Shown here one piece after another: positions 55,414 to 64,000 of a stretch of DNA of 64,000 nucleotides. Below the pieces are notes generated by a model, which worked only from the letters and a program-made list of their open reading frames with translations, searched no databases and was not told the DNA's origin. The stretch spans positions 3,584,001 to 3,648,000 of the forward strand of contig CBDFJQ010000002.1 of the NCBI GenBank assembly GCA_965248575.1, read 5' to 3'. Each line of letters starts with the position of its first letter. Position 1 is the stretch's first letter. This DNA comes from Planctomycetota bacterium (lineage in GTDB: Bacteria; Planctomycetota; B15-G4). The position numbers were made by a program, and so were the translations under genes.

Positions 55414-56423
55414 GATGCGTGTCCCAGCAGCTTCAGCGCTGCGGCAGCGATGCCGGGGGCCGTGAGCCCGAAGTGGTTCATGAGTTCGCCGCCATCGCCG
55501 GACTCGCCGAAGCGGTCGTCCATGCCGAGGCGCCGCACGGGGCAGGGAGCTTGTTCGGAGATGACCTCTGCCACGGCGCTGCCCAAGCCGCCGGCGCGTT
55601 GATGCTCTTCGACCGTCACGATGGCGCCCGTTTCCTGCGAGGCCTTCACGAGGGTCTCGGCGTCGAGGGGCTTGATGCTGCAGACGTTGAGCACCCGGGC
55701 CGAGAAGCCCTTGTCCGCCAGCACGTCCGCTGCCTGCAGTGCGTGGCAAACGGTGGTGCCGGTGGCGGCGAGGGTGATGTCCGTGCCCTCGCGCAGCGTG
55801 TTGATCTTGCCGATCTCGAACTTGTAGTCCTCGGGCAAGAACTGCGGGACCTTCATGCGCGAGAGGCGCACGTAGGCGGGGCCGGGGCTGGCGGCCACGG
55901 CGCGGATGACCTGTTCGGTCTCCCGGGCATCGGCCGGCACGAAGACGCGCATGTTGGGCAACACGCGCATGATGGCGATGTCTTCCAGCACCTGGTGGCT
56001 GGCGCCGTCCTCACCCACCGTGATGCCGGCGTGGGTGCCGCAGATCTTCACGTTGGCGACGGGCAGGGCGACCACTTGCCGCACCTGCTCGAAAGCCTTG
56101 CCCGTGGCAAACATGGCGAAGGAGGAGGCGAAGACCGTCAGGCCCGTGGACGAGAGCCCCGAGGCCGTGCCGATCATGTTGGCCTCGGCCACGCCCATGT
56201 TGAAGAAGCGGTCGGGGTAGAGCTTGGCGAAGCTGCCCGTCTTGGTGGAGCAGGACAGGTCGGCATCGAGCACGACGATGTCGTTGCGTTCGCCGCCGAG
56301 TTCGGCGAGGGCCTTGCCGTAAGCCTCGCGGGTGGCGACATCGCCGCTGGTCTGGGTGACAGTCACGGTGAGGGGGGGTCCGTTCGGTGTGTCAGTGGCG
56401 GCGATGGGCGATGCCAAACGCAA
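55410..56423 (-). CDS. Transketolase C-terminal subunit
   Basis: ATREAYG, DADLS.ST, GVAEANM, GEDGASHQ, IKPLD, EEH...GGLG. Start uncertain (possibly a GTG near 56366). Confidence 0.94.
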   Translation of the reverse strand: MRLASPIAATDTPNGPPLTVTVTQTSGDVATREAYGKALAELGGERNDIVVLDADLSCSTKTGSFAKLYPDRFFNMGVAEANMIGTASGLSSTGLTVFASSFAMFATGKAFEQVRQVVALPVANVKICGTHAGITVGEDGASHQVLEDIAIMRVLPNMRVFVPADARETEQVIRAVAASPGPAYVRLSRMKVPQFLPEDYKFEIGKINTLREGTDITLAATGTTVCHALQAADVLADKGFSARVLNVCSIKPLDAETLVKASQETGAIVTVEEHQRAGGLGSAVAEVISEQAPCPVRRLGMDDRFGESGDGGELMNHFGLTAPGIAAAALKLLGHAS

Positions 56424-56493
56424 CGGCGATTAAGGTCGCCATCGGGGCAGCCCGGCGCAAGGGAAGATCGCGCTTTGGGCCTATGAAAGAGGG

Positions 56494-56514
56494 TTATCCA
56501 CCGCCTGTGGACAA
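56494..56514. promoter_or_regulatory. Inverted pair of DnaA-box-like 9-mers
   Basis: TTATCCACC(56494-56502)-gcc-TGTGGACAA(56506-56514, reverse complement TTGTCCACA); each is one mismatch from TTATCCACA. Confidence 0.5.
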
Positions 56515-56594
56515 GTTCCGCGCCTGGCAGGCCGAGCGGCGGCTCTGGGCGAGCGCGGAGCGGGCGCGAGGTGGCCGCGAGCGAGGCCGGACCC

Positions 56595-58877
56595 CTAGAA
56601 GTCGGCGTAGCCCAACTGGCGCAGGGCCTCCTCCTCCTCGGCCGTGAGCGTGCGGGTGTTGGGGGCCACGAGGGGCCTCAGCAGCATCTGGGCCATGGGC
56701 CGCAGGCGAGCTTCGAGCTTCCGGACCCAGTCTGGTGCCTCGGCGGCCGTGCTCTGGAGGAGGTTCTGCTGCTCGCCCGGGTCCTGGTCGAGGTCGTAGG
56801 CCGCGGCGATCTCCCCCAGCTGCTGGGGCCCGTCGGCGGAGATGGCGATGAGCTTCCGGCCCCGGTCGATCATGGCCATGGTGGGCGGCTGAGCGTTCTT
56901 GGCCGTGGAGATGTGGGCGAACACGGGCCGGTCCTCGCCAGGGCCGAGCAGCGAGGCCCCCAGCCAGCCGGGGTTGGGCTCGATGCCAGCCATGGCACTA
57001 AGAGTGCGAGGCAGGTCGAGCAAGGAGGCCGCATGGGACACGTCGCCTGGCGCGAGGGCGGGGCCCCGGAGCCCCCGGCTGCCGGGTCCCAGGGAGCCCG
57101 CCGGGCCTCGGGATTCGGAGGGGCCGAGGGGTGCGCGGATCAGGAGCGGGATGCGTACGTGCTCCTCAAAGACCCCCGTGCCGTGCCCCAGCACGCCGTG
57201 CTCGTCGAAGGCCTCGCCGTGGTCGCTCGTGAACAGCAAGTAGGCGCTCTCGCCCAGCCCCTGCTCCTTCACGAGCTCCAGGAACTCACCGAAGCCGCGG
57301 TCAAGGTCCACCACGCCGCCGCGGTAGAGGTCGTAGTACTGCTCGATGAGCGCCTCGACCTCGGCGCTGCGGGCCTCCCCCGCTGGCAGGTTGTTCGACG
57401 CGGCCCGGATGGCGGTGAGCAGCTCGCTGTCCATGCCCTCCAGCTGCAGGCTGTCACCGTGCTGGGCCTTGGTGGCGTCCGAGGCCTCATAGGGTGTGTG
57501 CACTTCGTAGGTCTGCACGAACAGGAAGGCCGGGCGTCCGTCATCGGCTTCCAGGAAGGCGCGGCTGCGCTCGAGGGTGTGCTCGAGGCTGCCATCGTGT
57601 TCGTCCCAGCTCTCGAAGCCCTGGGCCAGGCCGCCGCCGTGGGAGACGAGCATCGCGTCGGTGATGCCGCCGGTGCGGTAGCCCGCGGCCGCCAGCTGCT
57701 CGGCGATGGTCACCACCTCCTCGCTCAGGGAGAAGCTCTTCTGCGTGGCGAAGTGTTGCGTGGGGAAGATGCCCGAGAAAAGCGAGGCGTGGGCGGGCAG
57801 CGTCCAGGTGGCGGGGGACCAGGCGTTGAGGAAGCGCGTGCTGCCTCGGGCGAAGGCGTCGATGTTCGGGGTGAGCCCAAGGGTGCTGCCGTAGGTCGCC
57901 AGGTTGTCGGCGCGGAAGGTGTCCGCCAGGAAGATGACGATGTCGGGGCGGCTGTGTTCCTTGCCTCGCGCCCCGTCGCGATTCCCATCGCGTCCCCATG
58001 GGCGCTGGCTGGGCGTGCCGATCTCGCTGGGGCCCACGGTGGGGGCGAGGAAGGCGGTGAGCGCCGGCGGGCCGCGCACTTCGAAACTCAGCAGGCCCTG
58101 GGCGTCGAGGGGCAGCCGCACATTGTGCCAGGCCACTTCGCTCTGGGAGATCCTGAGCGCTGGTTGCACATGGGACCAGAGCGGTTGACCGTCCAGCTCG
58201 ATCTGGAACTCGAGCGGAGCCGCGTCCGGCCCGAGATCGATCACCGCGCCCTGTGCCACTGTGGCGAAGCGCAAGTTGGTGTTGCCCGTGACCGAGAGCG
58301 GCAACTCTTCACGCATGCCCGGCAGCACCGACAGGCCCTTGCCGGCGAAGCGTCGATGGGCAATGCGCGAGGTGGCGACGCCCTTCTTCGTAGACCGGAA
58401 GTAGACGCTGTGTCGGATGGGCGGCAGCACACCGTCGGCGGTCTCCAGCGTCACGAAGAGCTTGTCGCCCTCGGTGAAGAAGGTGTCGGGCTGGGTCTGC
58501 AGCTTGCGTTGCAGGAAGCGCAGGAAGCTGAGTTCGCGATCGCCGGCAAAGACGCGCACGGCGGGGGCGCCCTGCTCGGGGTTGCCCACGTTGGCCAGCA
58601 CCCGCTGCGTGCTGTAGAGGTGCGGCGTGCCCGTGGGCTCCCAGGCCTCGGGCGGGATGCTGCGCTCGATCCACAGGGCATGCCCGTCTTCCACGGACTC
58701 GATCTGCAGGGCGGGGCTGTCCGGAACACGCTCGTGCAGGTTGCGCAGGGCGTCGGCGAAAGAACCGTCGAGGGGCGCGGGCGGGCGTTGGGCGAGGTCG
58801 AGCCAGGTGACGGGTGGCTCGGGCTCGGCACAGGCGGCCAGAGTCACCATCAGCATCAGGATGAACAGCGTCTTCAT
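56595..58877 (-). CDS. Sulfatase-like lipoprotein
   Basis: Lipobox LAA|C; LADTFRAD, WTLPAHASLFSG, EVHTPY, TSDHGE, LRQLGY. Confidence 0.88.
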   Translation of the reverse strand: MKTLFILMLMVTLAACAEPEPPVTWLDLAQRPPAPLDGSFADALRNLHERVPDSPALQIESVEDGHALWIERSIPPEAWEPTGTPHLYSTQRVLANVGNPEQGAPAVRVFAGDRELSFLRFLQRKLQTQPDTFFTEGDKLFVTLETADGVLPPIRHSVYFRSTKKGVATSRIAHRRFAGKGLSVLPGMREELPLSVTGNTNLRFATVAQGAVIDLGPDAAPLEFQIELDGQPLWSHVQPALRISQSEVAWHNVRLPLDAQGLLSFEVRGPPALTAFLAPTVGPSEIGTPSQRPWGRDGNRDGARGKEHSRPDIVIFLADTFRADNLATYGSTLGLTPNIDAFARGSTRFLNAWSPATWTLPAHASLFSGIFPTQHFATQKSFSLSEEVVTIAEQLAAAGYRTGGITDAMLVSHGGGLAQGFESWDEHDGSLEHTLERSRAFLEADDGRPAFLFVQTYEVHTPYEASDATKAQHGDSLQLEGMDSELLTAIRAASNNLPAGEARSAEVEALIEQYYDLYRGGVVDLDRGFGEFLELVKEQGLGESAYLLFTSDHGEAFDEHGVLGHGTGVFEEHVRIPLLIRAPLGPSESRGPAGSLGPGSRGLRGPALAPGDVSHAASLLDLPRTLSAMAGIEPNPGWLGASLLGPGEDRPVFAHISTAKNAQPPTMAMIDRGRKLIAISADGPQQLGEIAAAYDLDQDPGEQQNLLQSTAAEAPDWVRKLEARLRPMAQMLLRPLVAPNTRTLTAEEEEALRQLGYADF

Positions 58878-58994
58878 CGTCGGATCATCACTCAGCGTGA
58901 GGGTCCGGCGTGGCGTTGAGTCACACGGCTTGGTTCAGGTGAGGTGCCCACGGCCCGAGAGTCTACTGCACGGGCTGTGGGCACCGTGCCCCGG

Positions 58995-61233
58995 CTAGAG
59001 GGTCTTCAAGATGGTGAAGGTCCCACCGATGGCGAAGCCTTGCGAAGTGGTCGGGAAGGACACCTTGGGCAGGATGATGGTCGTGCCGCTGGGCGGCTTG
59101 CTCCAGGTCAGGGTGGGGTCCCGGTAGAGCAGGACCCCTTGGTCTCCGCTGATCCAGATCTCGTCGCCATCGTTGAGGACCTCGACGTCGTAGAGATCCT
59201 CGTCGACAGAGAGCCCTTCCACTTGCCAATCCACCTTGGCGAACCGGAACCCTGACCGGATCCAGACGCCGCCGTTCTCGCCCACAGCGACGGCTTGGCT
59301 TCCGTCGCCCCAGGTCTGGATGTCGTAAACCGTCTCCCCGGTTCCAATCCCCGTGGAGCTCCAGTTGTCCCCGCCATCCGCTGTGATGAACGCAGAGCCG
59401 AGGTCGCCGACGGCATAGCCCGTGCAGGGGTCGGAGAAGGACACGCCGAAGAACCTGCCGTCGAGCCCGGGAGGGCTCTTGTCGGTCCAGGTCGCGCCGG
59501 AGTCGGTCGATTTCAAGACCGTGCCCAGTGCACCTACGGCGAAGGCCGTCTCCAATTGCGCAGAGCCATCACACGTCGCGGAAGCAACGATCGTCACATC
59601 ATGGAGGTCCCTGACTCCTGCAGGTGCCGCCACGATCTGCCAGTTCTCGGCGTCGCCATTGACGGTGCGGGCGATGAAGCCCTTGCCAAGGTACGGGGCC
59701 AGAAATGGTTCCCCGAGCATGTCACCCACGACGATGCCCGCGTCCCCCGTGTCATTGAAGGCGATCCCCCGAGATTGGTGGTTGTCGTCGGGCGCCCAGT
59801 CCGCGGTGGCTTCGTCCCAGGTCAGCCCGTTGTCCGTCGTGACGTTGATGTCCAGGAACTGTCCGGTGACGACGCCCGTGGTGGAGCCACTCACGTCGAA
59901 GAAGAGTCCATCGTTGAGACGGTTGGGATTCACCGAGCCCTGATCCGTGACGACTCCCGTTGCCGTGTCGTAATGAATGATGCGCCCGAACCCACCAGCG
60001 GCGACCGCCTCCGTGCCGGACAGCTTCGCCAGCGCCCGGAAGAGGGGTTCGCGATCTCCTGGCAGGGGCGGTCGGGGTTGTTCCACCCATGTGTCCACCG
60101 TCGAACCAGGCAGGAGGACCGTGCACGTCCCCGGGTCGTAGTTGGGCACGCCGCTCTTGTAGTCGAAGATTTGCGAACCATAGCCGACACTGAGCGCCTG
60201 CACCGGGGTGGCACTGGTGTCCATGATCAAGACGTCGTACTGCGTGGTCGGTGCGCAGAACTGCGACATGATGCCGTTGGGGTCGAGGAACTCGTAGTTC
60301 TTGACTTGCAGCCAGTCGTCGGTCCAGATGCCCTCCGTCCGATACATGTAGCCCTTCTGGTTGCCGATGCCGCCTACGAGGTAGGCGCCTGATGCCGAGT
60401 CCGTCGGGTCGTCGAACTCGAGCCCCCACCATTCCAGGTTGTTGATGGGGCTGTCGTGGATGTACGTGATGGCGGGCTCAGCAGGATCTGGACCATCAGT
60501 CGTGACGTCGAGCTTGGTCCAGGTCAGTCCACCGTCGATCGTCGTGTAGACCTTGCGGTATTCGGCCGCGAGGATTCCCTTGAGCGGATCATTCGAGAAG
60601 AAATGAATGATGTAGGCGTCATCGGGGTCTCCCGGGTCGACCGGATTGCAGAAGAACTCCGTAGCGTCGACGTCGTCCGCAACATTTGTCCATGTGATTC
60701 CCCCGTCAGAGGTCGTGGCAACGGCTCCGTTCTCGCCGACGCACCAGCCATCGGTGTAGAGCGGGGGGGGACATGATGATGTCGTAGAGAATGGCTGGCG
60801 CGAGACAGGCGTCGAGGACGCGTGTGCCCGGGTTCGTTGGGTCATTGGGGTTGTTGAGGTCTTCCCATTCTGATCCGTCTGCGCTCGAAGTCTTCAGCAC
60901 GACTCCCCCGTCGCCTACCGCCCAACCAGTGATGTCGAACGTGTTGGGGTCTTCCACGATGAACATTCCGCGAAGGTCTACGCGCACCTCTTCGTTCGTA
61001 ATGGCGTCGGGGAGCTCGGCTTCCAACCACGTAGCTCCGCCGTTGGTCGTGTATCTAATGTGGGCGTCGGCTGCCAGCCACCCTCGATTGGCGTCTACGA
61101 ATGCAGACCCGCCATACTTGCCTCCCTGGACATGGCGCCATTCAGGAACTTGGGCTTCGGCAGGTAAGGTCGCAACAAGGCTAAGCAGCAGTGCAAAGAC
61201 AGGGCGAACTAGGTCAGTACAGCGAACTATCAT
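58995..61233 (-). pseudogene. Secreted YCF48/BNR-repeat beta-propeller protein, split by a 1-nt frameshift at a C8 tract (60763-60770)
   Basis: The 5' ORF has a signal peptide (AEA|Q) and GWAVGDGG repeats. The 3' frame continues P-L-Y-T-D-G-W-C-V-G-E-N-G..TSDGG.TW. With C7 instead of C8 the two frames join as ATG TCC CCC CCG CTC TAC. Confidence 0.8.
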
Positions 61234-61261
61234 GACGCCTTCTCCGTTCGGGTGGGTGAAT

Positions 61262-63796
61262 CTACTGTGAGATCAATCGCAGTTTGTTGGTAGTGCTCCA
61301 ACCACCTAGCGCTGCCGAGTCCTCAATCCAAACTTGCGAAGTGAGCCGCAGCCCGGGTGGCAATGAAGGCCAAGAGAACGAGAGATCAAGCGCACCTTGA
61401 GCATTCGTGGCCGTGGATACCGACAACCCTGTTGGGGCCAGAGCCATCCCTCCTGTCTGGGATAGCAGGTGGCTTGAGAATCCGACGCTGAGAAGCGCTG
61501 GTGCAAAAGGGGCCCCGCCTCGGACGGAAAACCGAGTCGTCGATCCGGGTGTGAGGTCGCCAGCGCCTGAGAGATTGGGTGTGTCGGCGTTGCCCATCAG
61601 TCCTTCCCCGAGGACTCGCCAGGGCGCCACCGGCATGGAGAAACTTGCGGCGACCAGGTCTTCCCCGCCCGCGTAGTCCGGGCCGTACACTCCCCGCGTG
61701 GTGGGAATGCTATCCGATCCCGACTCCATGACCATGTGGAGGTCATGCTTGGCATCCAGCCCGATCTGTGGCCGTGTGTCGCTGCCACCTCCTCCGAAGT
61801 AGGTCGAGTAGACAAGGGACTCGCCGAAGGGGTCTATTTTTGTCAAGTGGGCGTCCGATTTGTTTCCGGTGCCTATGTAGGCCGGTTGAGGTGCATCTGT
61901 TGTCGTTGGGAATCCGCTGCTGTTGGAGTTGCCTGCCACACTGGCGCTTCCAGCTGGATCGACCACGAGGCCATAGAGGAATGTCGACATTCCACAGCAG
62001 GACGACAGCGATCGGGACCACACCAGATCACTTCCGCCTGGAAGGAGCTTTGTTACAAAGCCGCTGTGGAAGTTGCCTCCGGGGGAACCCGTTGTGATAG
62101 GGAAGTCACTCGCGGTGGTCCATCCAGCGACATAGACCGCTCCAGCCGCATCTAGGGCGATCGCGAGCGGGAAGTCCGTGTTCAGGTCTCCACCAAGAAA
62201 GGTTGACCAGATGACCTGCGTTCCCAGCGGATTCAGCTTCGAGATCTGAGCATCGCCCCCGACCGCGCCGGGTCCCATCACTTCCTTGTACGCACCAGGC
62301 GTCGTATGTGTGAATTGGCTGCTAGCACTTCCCGTGAGGTAGATGTTCGAGTCGCCATCGAACGCGATGTCGTTGACGCCCGCAAGAAAGTACGTCTGAA
62401 AGACAAGCTGCGTGCCATCGGCGGTGATGCGCGCCAGGAGTCGATCTCCGACCACGAAGTCGGTATCGATCGCTCCCGGTGTGGCTGGAGGTGTTGCAAT
62501 GGCGGGTTGCCCGAAGATCAGCACATCTCCGTTGGGGAAGAGCGCCAAAGTCCCGTCAGCTTCGTGATCGGGGCCTCCGTAGAACGTTGACCAGACGAAA
62601 TCGCTGCCATCTGGCAGCAGTCGACTGATGAACAGGTCGGACTTGCTGGGGGCGTTCTCGTTCACGGTGTCGAGGCTGCCGGGCGAGATCGGGAAGTCTG
62701 GCGACCACGTGGTTCCGTAAAGCACGGCCGTTCCGTCCTCGTCGACGGCGATGCTGGCGATGGCGTCCGATGCGGAGCCGCCGAAGTAGGTGCCCCACTC
62801 CAGGGTGGATCCGTCGGGCGAGAGCTTTCCGGCCCAGGCATCCAGCCCACCGACCTGGACCGTCTGGAAGGCTCCTGGCGTCGTGGGCGCCGTGCCGGTG
62901 TCAGCGACGATATAGACAGAGCCGTCGGCTGCTACGTCCATGTCGCGAAAGGCGTCCTGCCCCGTGCCACCGACATAGGTCGCGTAGACGAGGCTCGGGT
63001 CGAGTACGAAGGCGCGGGACGAGTCTCGCCCAGGGGCCTCGAAGCCAAGGTGCAGACGACCGTCATCCGACTCGGCTAGCTGGAAACGACTCGTAACGGG
63101 GAGGCGCTCACTGGTCGCTGGATCGACTTCCCAAGACTCACCGATGCGCATTTCCACCCGCCCAGCCGAAGTCTCCAATGCGAGCACGGTGTCGCTGAGC
63201 AACTCGGCGGCCGATGCGCCCTCGATCTCCAAAGTCAGCGCGCCGAGGTCTGCGCCAGGTTCAACGTGCAGGTCGTATGCGTACGAGCCGCCACCTGTCC
63301 TGACGACCACGTCGATGCCATCCACGACATCGCGGTAGACCACTCGTTCGAAGCCCGGGACGTTGCGCGTGGAACCGGTGCCCAGCAGGAAGTGATGGGC
63401 AGTCGGGAGCACGCCCTCTCCCGCGAGAGACGGTGCTTCAGGAAAGCGAAGAGTCAGCGGCGGGCCGGGGACGGGTTCTGGCTCTGCGGGTCGCTCGAAG
63501 GGTGGCTCGAGTTCAAAGCCCAACTCTTCGGAGAGCCTGCGTTCGGTACGCCTCGGCATGGGATGCAGCACGAGCCGGTCGTCGAGCAACACGGCTTCGA
63601 TACCGTTCTGACGCGCGAGGAAGCGCACCTCGTCGGACCACTGGCCACGGTTCTCGACGAAGCCGTTCAACGTGGAGATGGCGGGGTGTCGATTCACCTC
63701 GACCGGCGCGGGCTGGATTCGAGCCTCCTGGGCACCCATGGAACTTGCGGCGAACACGAGGGCGAGCGCGGCTGCCGCTGCGTGGATGTGCTGCAT
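61262..63796 (-). CDS. Secreted SBBP-repeat beta-propeller protein with N-terminal FVENRGQ domain and distinct C-terminal domain
   Basis: Start ATG 63796 after GAGGGGAAGG; FVENRGQW, DPSLVYATYVGG, repeated (W/Y)STF/YLGG and YVAGWTTASDFP.T.G. Confidence 0.88.
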   Translation of the reverse strand: MQHIHAAAAALALVFAASSMGAQEARIQPAPVEVNRHPAISTLNGFVENRGQWSDEVRFLARQNGIEAVLLDDRLVLHPMPRRTERRLSEELGFELEPPFERPAEPEPVPGPPLTLRFPEAPSLAGEGVLPTAHHFLLGTGSTRNVPGFERVVYRDVVDGIDVVVRTGGGSYAYDLHVEPGADLGALTLEIEGASAAELLSDTVLALETSAGRVEMRIGESWEVDPATSERLPVTSRFQLAESDDGRLHLGFEAPGRDSSRAFVLDPSLVYATYVGGTGQDAFRDMDVAADGSVYIVADTGTAPTTPGAFQTVQVGGLDAWAGKLSPDGSTLEWGTYFGGSASDAIASIAVDEDGTAVLYGTTWSPDFPISPGSLDTVNENAPSKSDLFISRLLPDGSDFVWSTFYGGPDHEADGTLALFPNGDVLIFGQPAIATPPATPGAIDTDFVVGDRLLARITADGTQLVFQTYFLAGVNDIAFDGDSNIYLTGSASSQFTHTTPGAYKEVMGPGAVGGDAQISKLNPLGTQVIWSTFLGGDLNTDFPLAIALDAAGAVYVAGWTTASDFPITTGSPGGNFHSGFVTKLLPGGSDLVWSRSLSSCCGMSTFLYGLVVDPAGSASVAGNSNSSGFPTTTDAPQPAYIGTGNKSDAHLTKIDPFGESLVYSTYFGGGGSDTRPQIGLDAKHDLHMVMESGSDSIPTTRGVYGPDYAGGEDLVAASFSMPVAPWRVLGEGLMGNADTPNLSGAGDLTPGSTTRFSVRGGAPFAPALLSVGFSSHLLSQTGGMALAPTGLSVSTATNAQGALDLSFSWPSLPPGLRLTSQVWIEDSAALGGWSTTNKLRLISQ

Positions 63797-64000
63797 GGAC
63801 CTTCCCCTCACGAGACGGACCTCTGGTCGCGTGTCCCCTTCTTCCAAAGGTGGACGAGTCATGCCTCAAGCGTACTGCGCTGGAAGGAATTAGGGGTGTG
63901 GCGCCCCCGAATCGGCCTTCCGGAACGCCGCACCGATGGTCCGCTTGCCCTTGGCTTGGGTCAGTCTTTCGACTCAGGACTCATCTGCGGTGCCTAGCGC

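Noticed and set aside
56424..56594. oriC
   Set aside because: Only two DnaA boxes, no AT-rich unwinding element and no dnaA/dnaN nearby.

Overview
GC-rich bacterial chromosome segment with a Planctomycetota-like gene repertoire: an ECF sigma factor with a Ser/Thr kinase-WD40 protein, Thr-type sulfatase-like lipoproteins and secreted beta-propeller proteins (taxonomy is inference). Most of the window is housekeeping: aroF-tpiA-secG-pyrE-yicC-gmk-rpoZ, ftsK, rimO-pgsA, priA, cystathionine beta-synthase, tsaD-carA-deoxyhypusine synthase, malic enzyme and split transketolase. I found no rRNA, tRNA, CRISPR array, integrase or transposase. The best candidate for an undescribed system is a lower-GC ~5 kb island between ftsK and rimO. 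It holds a coupled four-gene minus-strand operon (beta-rich hypothetical protein, polyglycine-rich protein, DMATS/ABBA-like prenyltransferase-barrel protein with an altered catalytic motif, small CxxC protein) and a divergent GT34 glycosyltransferase plus SAM methyltransferase. Other highlights: an unannotated ~154-nt rod-shaped RNA (6S-like) at 2910-3063; a large lipoprotein with a catalytically dead caspase-like domain; a Rieske-glutamate-synthase/di-iron MBL redox module; a 914-aa secreted protein with a basic N-terminal coil and acidic body; a secreted propeller gene frameshifted at a C8 tract; and an inverted DnaA-box pair upstream of transketolase. All family assignments come from reading motifs by eye, not from database searches.
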